From contig JAOPTT010000002.1 of NCBI GenBank assembly GCA_051531975.1, positions 57,938-121,937 on the forward strand: DNA of 64,000 nucleotides. The letters are read 5' to 3'. Position 1 is the stretch's first letter, and each line of letters opens with the position of its first letter. A program made the translations under genes and the position numbers. Source of the stretch: Spirochaetaceae bacterium. Its GTDB lineage: Bacteria; Spirochaetota; Spirochaetia; DSM-2461. Shown piece after piece: positions 40,635 to 48,467 of the stretch. Under the pieces are notes generated by a model. That model did no database searches and was not told the origin of the DNA. It saw nothing but the letters and a program-made list of their open reading frames with translations.

Positions 40635-41825
40635 CTAATTCGAGAGTAAAGTTGTTGTTATTAGCTCTATGTCCTCTGGTTTAAGTAGTGTATGCAGTGG
40701 TAATGTCACCTGATTCTGGTATTGGTTATATGCATTAGGGTAATTTTTGATGTCAAAACCCATTTTTTTATAACATGTTAACATTGGCAGAGGTTTATAA
40801 TGAACATTAAGTGGTATTCCCTTAGACGCCATTAAAGTTATTAAGTTATTTCTTTTTTCCTCTGTAAAACTTTCAATTCTTAACTGAAATAGATGACAGG
40901 AACTTTTTGTTTCTTTGTCTTGATATATAGGTAAAATAAATCTTGTATCCTGTTTTAACCTATCTATATAGTCCTGAAACATAACTTCCCGTTGGTTTTT
41001 AAGTTCAGCTCTATATCTTTTTAACTGTACTAAACCTAAGGATGCTGTAATGTCTGTCATATTACATTTATACCCAGGAAATAGGATGTCATACTCCCAC
41101 CCACCTAGTTTTGTTTTTTCAAGGGCATCTCTACTTTGACCATGCAGACTTAAAGTTCTTAACTCTTTATATATAGTTTGGCTTCCTAACCCTAGTTCTT
41201 TAAAAGTTACGGCTCCACCTTCTGCTGTTGTTACATTTTTTACAGCGTGAAAACTAAAAGATGTAAAATCAGCTACATTCCCAATTGGTATACCTTTATA
41301 ATAGGCTCCAATAGAGTGAGCAGAATCACTTAAAACTAAGATTCGTCCAAGTTTCTCCTGGTAAGTTCCTGGTTTAGGGATAAATTTATTTGTATTTGAA
41401 ACAATTTTAAATATCTGGTCATAATTACAGGGATAACCTGCAACATCAACTGGTATTATAGCCTTTGTTTTATCTGTTATTTTTAATTTTATCTGTTCTG
41501 GGTCTATTAAAAATGAGCCTGGTATAACATCGGCGAAGATTATTGTTGCCCCGGTATGCACTATTACAGCAGCTGTGGCACTATATGTATAGGGTGTTGT
41601 AATTACCTCATCCCCAGGTCCAATTTCAAAAAGTCGTAATACCATTTCCATACCTGCAGTTGCACTATTTAGACATACAGCCCCGGCGGACTCAGTATAA
41701 TTTTTAACTTCTTCTTCTAAAGCTTTAGTTTTTGGCCCTGTTGTTATCCAGCCTGATTTTAAGGTATCAACTACCTCGTTTATCTCTTCCTGGGTTATAT
41801 CTGGTGGTGAAAAACTTATTGACAA
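40635..41825 (-). CDS. DegT/DnrJ sugar aminotransferase (PglE/SpsC-like)
   Basis: FSPPDI, SGWITTGP, DSAHS.GA, SFHAVKN.TTAEGG, GYKCNMTD. Confidence 0.9.
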   Translation of the reverse strand: MSISFSPPDITQEEINEVVDTLKSGWITTGPKTKALEEEVKNYTESAGAVCLNSATAGMEMVLRLFEIGPGDEVITTPYTYSATAAVIVHTGATIIFADVIPGSFLIDPEQIKLKITDKTKAIIPVDVAGYPCNYDQIFKIVSNTNKFIPKPGTYQEKLGRILVLSDSAHSIGAYYKGIPIGNVADFTSFSFHAVKNVTTAEGGAVTFKELGLGSQTIYKELRTLSLHGQSRDALEKTKLGGWEYDILFPGYKCNMTDITASLGLVQLKRYRAELKNQREVMFQDYIDRLKQDTRFILPIYQDKETKSSCHLFQLRIESFTEEKRNNLITLMASKGIPLNVHYKPLPMLTCYKKMGFDIKNYPNAYNQYQNQVTLPLHTLLKPEDIELITTTLLSN

Positions 41826-43243
41826 ATTGACTCCTGGTATTCCTTAACCCATTTTTTTAGTTCTAATTTTATTTTATCGTTATTATATGTCTGGGTAATT
41901 TCACCTAGATCAAGCAGTAGTTTTTTGATCTGTTCAGGGGTTAAATTATCCTGTTTCTGATGAGAAACTAATAGTCTATCGTAACCTGTTTCTACTATCT
42001 CTTCACTTTTAGTTAATAACTCTTCGTATAGTTTCTCCCCGGCTCTTAAACCTGTGAATTCTATACCAATATCTTTTAGGGTATAACCTGATAAACTGAT
42101 CATCTGTTCTGCTAAATCTGTTATTTTAATAGGATCACCCATCTCTAAAATAAATAGATCTCCAATTTCTAGTACCCCTGCTTTTAAAACCAACCTTGCA
42201 GCTTCTGGTATAGACATAAAGTATCTGGTTATATCTGGATGGGTTACAGTTAGTGGTCCACCTTTTGTTATCTGTTTTTTAAATAGTGGAACTACACTTC
42301 CTTTAGAACCTAAAACATTTCCAAATCTTGTAAATGATAGTTTACAGCTATCCTGATGGTTATTTAATGAGTGGATTAATATTTCCCCAATCCTTTTTGT
42401 TGTTCCCATAACCGATGTTGGATTAACGGCTTTATCTGTAGATACTAAATTAAACCTTTTAACTCCACTCTCTATAGAGGCTTTTGCACAGTTATATGTT
42501 CCAAAGATGTTGTTTTTTACAGCTTCATCTGGGTAGTTCTCCATTAATGGCACGTGTTTATGTGCTGCTGCATGGAAAACCCTATCAGGTCTATGTTTTT
42601 TAAACTCGTGTAATAACTTGGTATAGTCTTTTACATCCCCAATTATGTAGTCAAATCTGCTATCGCTGCCAAACTTACCTATTAATTCATAAACTGAGTT
42701 CTCACCATGGCCTAGAGCTATAACTTTTTTTATAGGAAGAAGAAGTAACTGATTGATAATTTCTGATCCAATTGAACCACCACCACCTGTTACTAATATG
42801 GTCTGATCAAGATACTCTTTTATTAACTCCTGTTCGTTAAAACCTATCTCTTCCCGGCCTAACAGGTCTGTTATTTCAATGTCTCTTATCTGATTTATAT
42901 TAAAATGCCCATTTATTATATCGTATACACCTGGGACTATTTTTATGATTACATTTGAACTGTCTAGAGAACGTAATATTTTTTCTATTACACCTCTTTT
43001 TGCAGATGGAATTGCAATAATTACTTCTTGAATATTGTAACTTTTAATTACTGTACTTACATTTTCAATATCGGATAAGATAGGGATATCTAATATATAA
43101 GGATTACTATTATTATCGGTGTTAGAACTGTCATCGATAAATCCAGTTACATGATATCGCCTATTTAGGGTTTCGTTATCTTTTATCTCTTTTAATACGG
43201 TTTGTCCCGCATTTCCAGCACCAATTATTAGTATATTTATCAT
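41816..43243 (-). CDS. UDP-GlcNAc 4,6-dehydratase (PglF/CapD/WbpM-like) lacking the N-terminal TM domain
   Basis: GAGNAG, DLLGR, TGGGGSIGSE, HAAAHKHVP, STDKAVNP.SVMG.TK, RFGNVLGS.GSV. Confidence 0.9.
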   Translation of the reverse strand: MINILIIGAGNAGQTVLKEIKDNETLNRRYHVTGFIDDSSNTDNNSNPYILDIPILSDIENVSTVIKSYNIQEVIIAIPSAKRGVIEKILRSLDSSNVIIKIVPGVYDIINGHFNINQIRDIEITDLLGREEIGFNEQELIKEYLDQTILVTGGGGSIGSEIINQLLLLPIKKVIALGHGENSVYELIGKFGSDSRFDYIIGDVKDYTKLLHEFKKHRPDRVFHAAAHKHVPLMENYPDEAVKNNIFGTYNCAKASIESGVKRFNLVSTDKAVNPTSVMGTTKRIGEILIHSLNNHQDSCKLSFTRFGNVLGSKGSVVPLFKKQITKGGPLTVTHPDITRYFMSIPEAARLVLKAGVLEIGDLFILEMGDPIKITDLAEQMISLSGYTLKDIGIEFTGLRAGEKLYEELLTKSEEIVETGYDRLLVSHQKQDNLTPEQIKKLLLDLGEITQTYNNDKIKLELKKWVKEYQESICQ

Positions 43244-43269
43244 ATGTTACATATAATACTCTTATAAAT

Positions 43270-43309
43270 AAAAAAGACCAAGTAAAACAGTATTACTTGG
43301 TCTTTTTTT
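43270..43309. terminator. Rho-independent terminator downstream of ackA (bidirectional form)
   Basis: AAAAAAGACCAAGTAA-loop-TTACTTGGTCTTTTTT. Confidence 0.88.
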
Positions 43310-43322
43310 AGAGTGTTATATA

Positions 43323-44660
43323 TTACTTTGCAGTAACAATTACTTCTTTTAACTCTGGCTTCTTAATTAGCTGTTTTTTAAGTGCTTCAGCTCTAGATTT
43401 ATTTACATAATCCGCTTTCTGGAAAGAGTACTCAAAGTTAGTATGAACATCATAAGTTCCATTTAACAATGCAACAGTATCCTCTGTCATAACCAGCTCT
43501 TCATCTGTAGGTATTACAAATACTTTAGTTGGTGAGTCATCTGTAGAAATTATAGTTTCAGCTCTTTGAGTTTTAGATATTGCATTTCTCTTCTCATCAA
43601 GTTTAATACCCATAAAGTCTAAACCTTGTAGTGCAATCTTTCTAACTGAAGGTCCCATTTCACCAACACCAGCAGTAAATACAATAGCATCTGCTCCACC
43701 AATTGCTGCACAGAATGAACCAATATATTTTTTGATTCTATAACTTTCTAAGTTTTGACCTAAAATACAGTCTGCATCACCTTCAGCAACACCTTTTTCA
43801 ACATCTCGTCTATCAATATACTTTTCTGTTATACCTAAAAGACCAGATTTTTTATTTAATACATTATCGATCTCGTTAACTGTCATTCCAGTACGGTCTA
43901 TCATGTATTTAATAAGTGCAGGGTCTAAAGTACCACTTCTAGTTCCCATTACTAAACCATCTAATGGAGTTAAACCCATTGTAGTATCAAAACAAACACC
44001 GTTTTTAACAGCACACATACTTGCACCATTACCAATATGAGCAATAACTAAGTTAACATCTTTAGGATCTTTACCTAAAAGCGCTGCTGCTCTTTTTGTT
44101 GTATATAAAAAGCTAGTTCCGTGGAAACCATACTTTCTTACTTTATGTTCAGTATACCAAGATTTTGGAACAGCATATCTAAATGCTTCTTCTGGCATAG
44201 ATTGGTGCCAAGCTGTATCCATTACTGCAACATTTGTTACGCCTGGTAAAACACCCATAACAGCTTTAATACCCATTAAGTGACCTGGATTATGTAGTGG
44301 TGCTAAAGGAATATTTGATTCAATATCTTTTAATACATCATCTGTAACTATTACAGATTTTGTGAAAGTTTCTCCACCATGTACAATTCTATGACCAATT
44401 GCTTTAATATCCGTACGGTTCTCGATACAACCAAACTCTTTATCTGTAATAATTTTTAAAATAAATTCTACAGCTTCTTTATGAGTTGGAAAGTATTCTT
44501 TAGCATCGTAAACTTCTTTACCTTTCGATTCATTCTCGATATGTGAAATCTCTTCACCGATTCTCTCAACTATACCTACACATATAGCTTCCTTCTGATC
44601 CCAGTCATATACCTGGTACTTTGCAGAAGAGCTTCCGCAGTTTAGTGTTAATATAATCAT
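43323..44660 (-). CDS. ackA: Acetate kinase
   Basis: NCGSSSAK, GHRIVHGG, APLHNP, YGFHGTS, HIGNGAS, PTDEE. Confidence 0.97.
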   Translation of the reverse strand: MIILTLNCGSSSAKYQVYDWDQKEAICVGIVERIGEEISHIENESKGKEVYDAKEYFPTHKEAVEFILKIITDKEFGCIENRTDIKAIGHRIVHGGETFTKSVIVTDDVLKDIESNIPLAPLHNPGHLMGIKAVMGVLPGVTNVAVMDTAWHQSMPEEAFRYAVPKSWYTEHKVRKYGFHGTSFLYTTKRAAALLGKDPKDVNLVIAHIGNGASMCAVKNGVCFDTTMGLTPLDGLVMGTRSGTLDPALIKYMIDRTGMTVNEIDNVLNKKSGLLGITEKYIDRRDVEKGVAEGDADCILGQNLESYRIKKYIGSFCAAIGGADAIVFTAGVGEMGPSVRKIALQGLDFMGIKLDEKRNAISKTQRAETIISTDDSPTKVFVIPTDEELVMTEDTVALLNGTYDVHTNFEYSFQKADYVNKSRAEALKKQLIKKPELKEVIVTAK

Positions 44661-44778
44661 TAATTCGACCCCCCAGTCTCATTTAATATACAGTGTTAAA
44701 GGTTACATTTTAACAGGTTCAAATATTTGTGCAATATTAATCTATAAAGTTTTTCGATAAATGCAGTATAATATGCAT

Positions 44779-45711
44779 ATGAATATAGATTATAAATTTT
44801 TTAAAGTAGATGACGGCCTATCTTTGGCGTATAAAGTTTGGGATAAAGTAGAGACTCCTGTTGGAGTTGTTATACTAATTCATGGTATGGCTGAGCACAT
44901 AGAACGATATGATAGTTTTGCAGTCTTCTTAAATAGTAAAGGTTTTATTGTTTATGGAGCAGACCAACGAGGTCATGGTAAAACTTCTGGGAAAAAGGGG
45001 ATGTTCAGCTCTAGGGATGGAGATAAAAAAGTAATTACTGACCAGTTTCAGTTTTATAATTTTGTAAAGACTAATCATCCAGATTTAAAAATATCTTATA
45101 TGGCTCATAGTATGGGTTCTTATATTGCACGAAACTTAATAACTACTTTTAAGATTGATGTAGATAAAATTATACTTTCAGGAACAGGTTATGAACCACC
45201 TGCTAAAGCTACAGTAGCATGTCTCCTAGCAAATTCGATTTCCAGGTCTAAACCTGCAGAAGATGCTATATTTTTAGATAAAATGGTAAATGGTCCATTT
45301 GCTGAATCTATAACAAACCCAATAACTAAGTTTGACTGGCTTTCTAGAGATAACGATCAGGTAGCAAAATATGTTAACGATAGTAACTGTGGTTATATAT
45401 GTACTAATAAATTTTATAGTGACTTTTTTAAGATAATTAAAACAGTATGTAGCACTAGAAATATTAAAAAGATAGATAAAGACCTACCCATACTACTCTA
45501 CTCAGGGGAAAAAGACCCTGTAGGTGGTAAAAATGCATGTAATGTAATTAAACTATATGATATTTACACTAGCCTAGGTCTAAACGTATCGATGTCTATT
45601 AACAAAGATGGTAGACACGAAAGTTTAAACGAAACTAATAAAGAAGAAGTTTATGACTATTTTGTCAATTTCCTTTTAGGTGTGAACCCAAGTTTGAAGT
45701 CAGAGAAATAA
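44779..45711 (+). CDS. Alpha/beta hydrolase (lysophospholipase/monoacylglycerol lipase-like)
   Basis: HGMAEH, DQRGHG, AHSMGS nucleophile elbow, GEKDPV, RHE..NE. It reads on the + strand (the track says -). The ORF opens at 44761; ATG 44779 is preferred. Confidence 0.92.
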   Translation: MNIDYKFFKVDDGLSLAYKVWDKVETPVGVVILIHGMAEHIERYDSFAVFLNSKGFIVYGADQRGHGKTSGKKGMFSSRDGDKKVITDQFQFYNFVKTNHPDLKISYMAHSMGSYIARNLITTFKIDVDKIILSGTGYEPPAKATVACLLANSISRSKPAEDAIFLDKMVNGPFAESITNPITKFDWLSRDNDQVAKYVNDSNCGYICTNKFYSDFFKIIKTVCSTRNIKKIDKDLPILLYSGEKDPVGGKNACNVIKLYDIYTSLGLNVSMSINKDGRHESLNETNKEEVYDYFVNFLLGVNPSLKSEK

Positions 45712-45729
45712 TTTTTATATAAAAGAGGC

Positions 45730-46761
45730 ATGAAGATTGTATACTTATTAATCTTTGTGCTTCTAGTTTTTAAACTGTTTCCTGATACCAATTTAGATCA
45801 TCAAGGTGGGGTAATAATACCTAATGGTTATAGAAAGTTTATATACATGGGAGTATTAGACGATTCTATTTTAACTATCCCATCTCCAAGTGTTAATAAT
45901 GATATACCCAATATATTAGATGTTTCTCTATTCCTTTCAGTTAATAACTTATCTTATATGATTCAGAAAAAAGATGATATTTTTTTAGGTTCTACTGAAT
46001 TCATACACTCATTATCTGAATCTACAAAAGTTATTAGCTTAAATATTATCTCTTCTGAATATATTCATCATGCTATTTTTTATGAACATTCTGGACCTAT
46101 CACTTTTGATTTTATATATGTTGCAGGATTTTCACCGATTGATAAAATGGGATTTAAGTTTTTGACATCAGCTAAAACAGATCTATTATTTCTTCAATAT
46201 TTAGCTCTGTTTGAAGTTTCCGATAACTATACAACACCTTTTTTACTGGATTTTGATGATGGATGGAGATTAAAGAACTTTATTACTATCCCTACTACTA
46301 GTTTCTTAAATATAGATATTGGTGCCAGTTTTAAAAGTAGAGACCTGTATATTTCAAGGGAGTACTTTTTAAAACCTATATTTACGGTTCCTTATAATGA
46401 AATATCACTGAAAGCTAGCTATGAAGATAGGGAGGAATATGATATTTACAAAACCCAGTTTAGTGGAGATTTTCAGCTAAAGACAGATGTATGGATATTT
46501 AAAAATTGCTTTGATTTTAATGTTAGTTATATTACTGATGCATTTTATGATGGATCAGATAATTTAGACATAATTATATTTCCTAATACAACTCTATCTT
46601 TAGGGTATAAATGGGAATATATTACCGCTTTTGAACCCAATTTTAGCTCTGGTTTAAAGATTATGGGTAATAGCTTCATATTAAATATTAAATATAAGGT
46701 TCCTCTCTATTTTTCTGATGATAAGTGGGAAATAGAGGCTGTATTAACTTCTAGGCACTAG
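45730..46761 (+). CDS. Hypothetical exported protein
   Basis: 343-aa ORF with AAGAGG SD and an N-terminal signal-like segment; beta-rich C-terminal half. Confidence 0.7.
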   Translation: MKIVYLLIFVLLVFKLFPDTNLDHQGGVIIPNGYRKFIYMGVLDDSILTIPSPSVNNDIPNILDVSLFLSVNNLSYMIQKKDDIFLGSTEFIHSLSESTKVISLNIISSEYIHHAIFYEHSGPITFDFIYVAGFSPIDKMGFKFLTSAKTDLLFLQYLALFEVSDNYTTPFLLDFDDGWRLKNFITIPTTSFLNIDIGASFKSRDLYISREYFLKPIFTVPYNEISLKASYEDREEYDIYKTQFSGDFQLKTDVWIFKNCFDFNVSYITDAFYDGSDNLDIIIFPNTTLSLGYKWEYITAFEPNFSSGLKIMGNSFILNIKYKVPLYFSDDKWEIEAVLTSRH

Positions 46762-46787
46762 ACAAAAAAATATCAATTTGCTATATT
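46759..46787 (+). promoter_or_regulatory. tRNA-Cys promoter
   Basis: TAGACA-17-TATATT with an extended -10 TG. Confidence 0.7.
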
Positions 46788-46803
46788 TGTTGAGCAATCA
46801 AAT

Positions 46804-46875
46804 GGCGCTGTACCCAAGTGGTAAGGGAGTAGTCTGCAAAACTATCATTCACCGGTTCGAATCCGGTCGGCGCCT
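46804..46875 (+). tRNA. tRNA-Cys(GCA), CCA not encoded
   Basis: Acceptor GGCGCTG/CGGCGCC, anticodon arm GTAGT-CTGCAAA-ACTAT, T arm ACCGG-TTCGAAT-CCGGT, U73. Confidence 0.97.
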
Positions 46876-46878
46876 AAT

Positions 46879-46915
46879 AAAGAGATGTAGATCTAATCTA
46901 TATCTCTTTTTTTTT
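46879..46915 (+). terminator. Rho-independent terminator after tRNA-Cys
   Basis: AAAGAGATGTAGAT-CTA-ATCTATATCTCTTT followed by a T run. Confidence 0.88.
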
Positions 46916-46938
46916 ATTTAATTTTAAATGGAGATGAT

Positions 46939-47187
46939 ATGAAACGGTACGGATTTATTGGTATAACAATTAACAAAGATGTTACTAGTGGAGTTGAAGT
47001 TCAAACGGTATTAAGTGAAGAACCAGACATTATTATGGGCAGAATGGGTATTCCCAATTTAGAAGACGGTTCTATCTCTGTTATTACCTTAATTGTTAAT
47101 GCTACAACTGATCAGGTAGGCGCTTTAACTGGAAAGTTAGGTAAACTTGAAGGTGTTAACGTAAAATCTGGACTTTGCAAGATATAA
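46939..47187 (+). CDS. TM1266-family ACT-like protein ([FeFe]-hydrogenase system putative regulator)
   Basis: I.GRMGIP, ISVITLIV, GALTGKLGKL.GV.VKS; GGAG SD. Confidence 0.85.
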   Translation: MKRYGFIGITINKDVTSGVEVQTVLSEEPDIIMGRMGIPNLEDGSISVITLIVNATTDQVGALTGKLGKLEGVNVKSGLCKI

Positions 47188-47250
47188 ACTATTGCTTTTG
47201 GTTATCTTAATCAATATTATAGAAACACATTATATTAAGGGAAGGGAACT

Positions 47251-47967
47251 TTGAACCAGGAAAATTTTGAAGGTAACGAGAGACAACTTAAACTATTACT
47301 AAAGTCAATTAGAGAAAATGACATTCCAACATGGAATAACTTTGTTAAAACAAGTGGGAAATACTTTGTCGCAAACCTTAATGGTATAAATCTAAGTTTC
47401 TTAGACCTTAAAGAGATAAACCTAAGTGGATCTAAACTTATAGGTGCAAATCTAGAAGGTTGTGACCTAACTAGAGCTAATTTATCTAGAACAAAAATGA
47501 TGGAAGCTAACCTTACTGGAACAAACCTAACAAAAGCAATTATTACTAACTCATATTTAAAAGACTCAAACCTTGAAGGTTGTATTGCAACTGGAGCAAG
47601 TTTTAAAGATACTGACTTAACTAGTGTTAACCTGGACGGTGCTAATTTAGAAGATGCAAACATTGTTGGTACTGTTTTTAAACTAACGTCTCTTAAAAAG
47701 ACAAACATGAAAGGTGTAATAAAATCCAAAACAACTAAGATTGTACCTAAACCTAAATCTAGAGAGTTAACATCTGAGGATAAAAAGAAACTATCACCTT
47801 GGAAAATTGCTAAGCAAGAAGAGACAATGCGTCGTGTAACTAGGGTAAAATCTGAACACAACAATAAAAGTGATATATTAAAAGAAAATCTTAGAGCTAA
47901 AGATAGGTTAAATAGAAATGTTTTTACTAACGAGAAAGAAATTACTGAAGTAGAGTCTGAGAAATAA
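47251..47967 (+). CDS. Pentapeptide-repeat protein with a basic C-terminal tail
   Basis: About 20 A(N/D)Lxx-type pentapeptides preceded by 'WNNF'; TTG start after AAGGGAAGGG; upstream TTGCTT-17-TATTAT. Confidence 0.9.
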   Translation: MNQENFEGNERQLKLLLKSIRENDIPTWNNFVKTSGKYFVANLNGINLSFLDLKEINLSGSKLIGANLEGCDLTRANLSRTKMMEANLTGTNLTKAIITNSYLKDSNLEGCIATGASFKDTDLTSVNLDGANLEDANIVGTVFKLTSLKKTNMKGVIKSKTTKIVPKPKSRELTSEDKKKLSPWKIAKQEETMRRVTRVKSEHNNKSDILKENLRAKDRLNRNVFTNEKEITEVESEK

Positions 47968-48059
47968 TTAAGTTTTAATTATGTACTGATACATATTTTT
48001 AAATAAAATTATGTATTAATGAGAAAGAAATTACTGAAGTAGAGTCTGAGAAATAATTA
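47932..48059 (+). repeat. Two exact 39-bp direct repeats (47932-47970, 48021-48059)
   Basis: GAGAAAGAAATTACTGAAGTAGAGTCTGAGAAATAATTA occurs twice, 50 bp apart; the first copy is the gene's 3' end. Confidence 0.95.
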
Positions 48060-48130
48060 GGTATTAGTAGATTATTTTGTAATACTATTGATTTTAATTA
48101 TTAACTGAAAAATAATTTGAATATATAAAT

Positions 48131-48162
48131 AAAAAAATCCGGTTTTGAACCGGATATTTTTT
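48131..48162. terminator. Rho-independent terminator of the histone gene (probably bidirectional)
   Basis: A-run + ATCCGGTT-TTG-AACCGGAT + T-run, directly after the minus-strand stop. Confidence 0.85.
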
Positions 48163-48346
48163 AAATGTCTCTTTCTTGAACAGTTTTTCGTTTGTCACTT
48201 TTAGCATCTTCGATAGCTTTATCCAAAATGTCTCTTATTTTATCTGATAACGCGTCGATAACCTTTGCAGAACATTTAAGGTCACCTTTTTCTTTAATGT
48301 AATTTTTTACTTTTGATGCAACAACCAATGCCTCATTTTCAGCCAT
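48161..48346 (-). CDS. Bacterial histone-fold protein (Bd0055/HBb-like singlet)
   Basis: LVVASKVK.YIK (alpha1), S..VIDALS..I..IL..AIE.AK (alpha2), RKTV..RD (L2/alpha3 R-D clamp); AAGGAG SD 6 nt upstream. Confidence 0.9.
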   Translation of the reverse strand: MAENEALVVASKVKNYIKEKGDLKCSAKVIDALSDKIRDILDKAIEDAKSDKRKTVQERDI

Positions 48347-48371
48347 TTAATTCTCCTTGCTTAATATAAAA

Positions 48372-48401
48372 ACAATACCACAACTATTGCTAAGTTGTAC
48401 A
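48372..48401 (-). promoter_or_regulatory. Putative histone-gene promoter
   Basis: TGTACA(48401-396)-18-TATTGT(48377-72) with an extended -10 TG. Confidence 0.5.
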
Positions 48402-48467
48402 GAAAAAAAATATTTTTTTGTAATTTAATCTCCTGTACACTACTTTGTAATTATATATAATAATTAT

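Noticed and set aside
44761..45711. ORF track lists this hydrolase on the minus strand
   Set aside because: The + strand reads ATG CAG TAT AAT ATG CAT ATG AAT... (MQYNMHMN) from 44761 and ends in TAA at 45709-45711, so the strand label is wrong.
46804..46875. tRNA-Cys as the integration site of an island
   Set aside because: No integrase and no duplicated tRNA 3' end were seen in the window.
47235..47864. 209-aa minus-strand ORF
   Set aside because: Antisense shadow of the pentapeptide-repeat gene, which has the SD, promoter and recognisable repeats.
45698..47969. Hydrolase and pentapeptide genes both end in ...SEK-stop with similar DNA (AGTC[A/T]GAGAAATAATT)
   Set aside because: A roughly 16-bp AT-rich match with only two unrelated instances; probably coincidence.
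47932..48059. 39-bp repeat pair as a mini CRISPR array
   Set aside because: Only two copies, not palindromic, the first copy is coding sequence, and there are no cas genes in the window.
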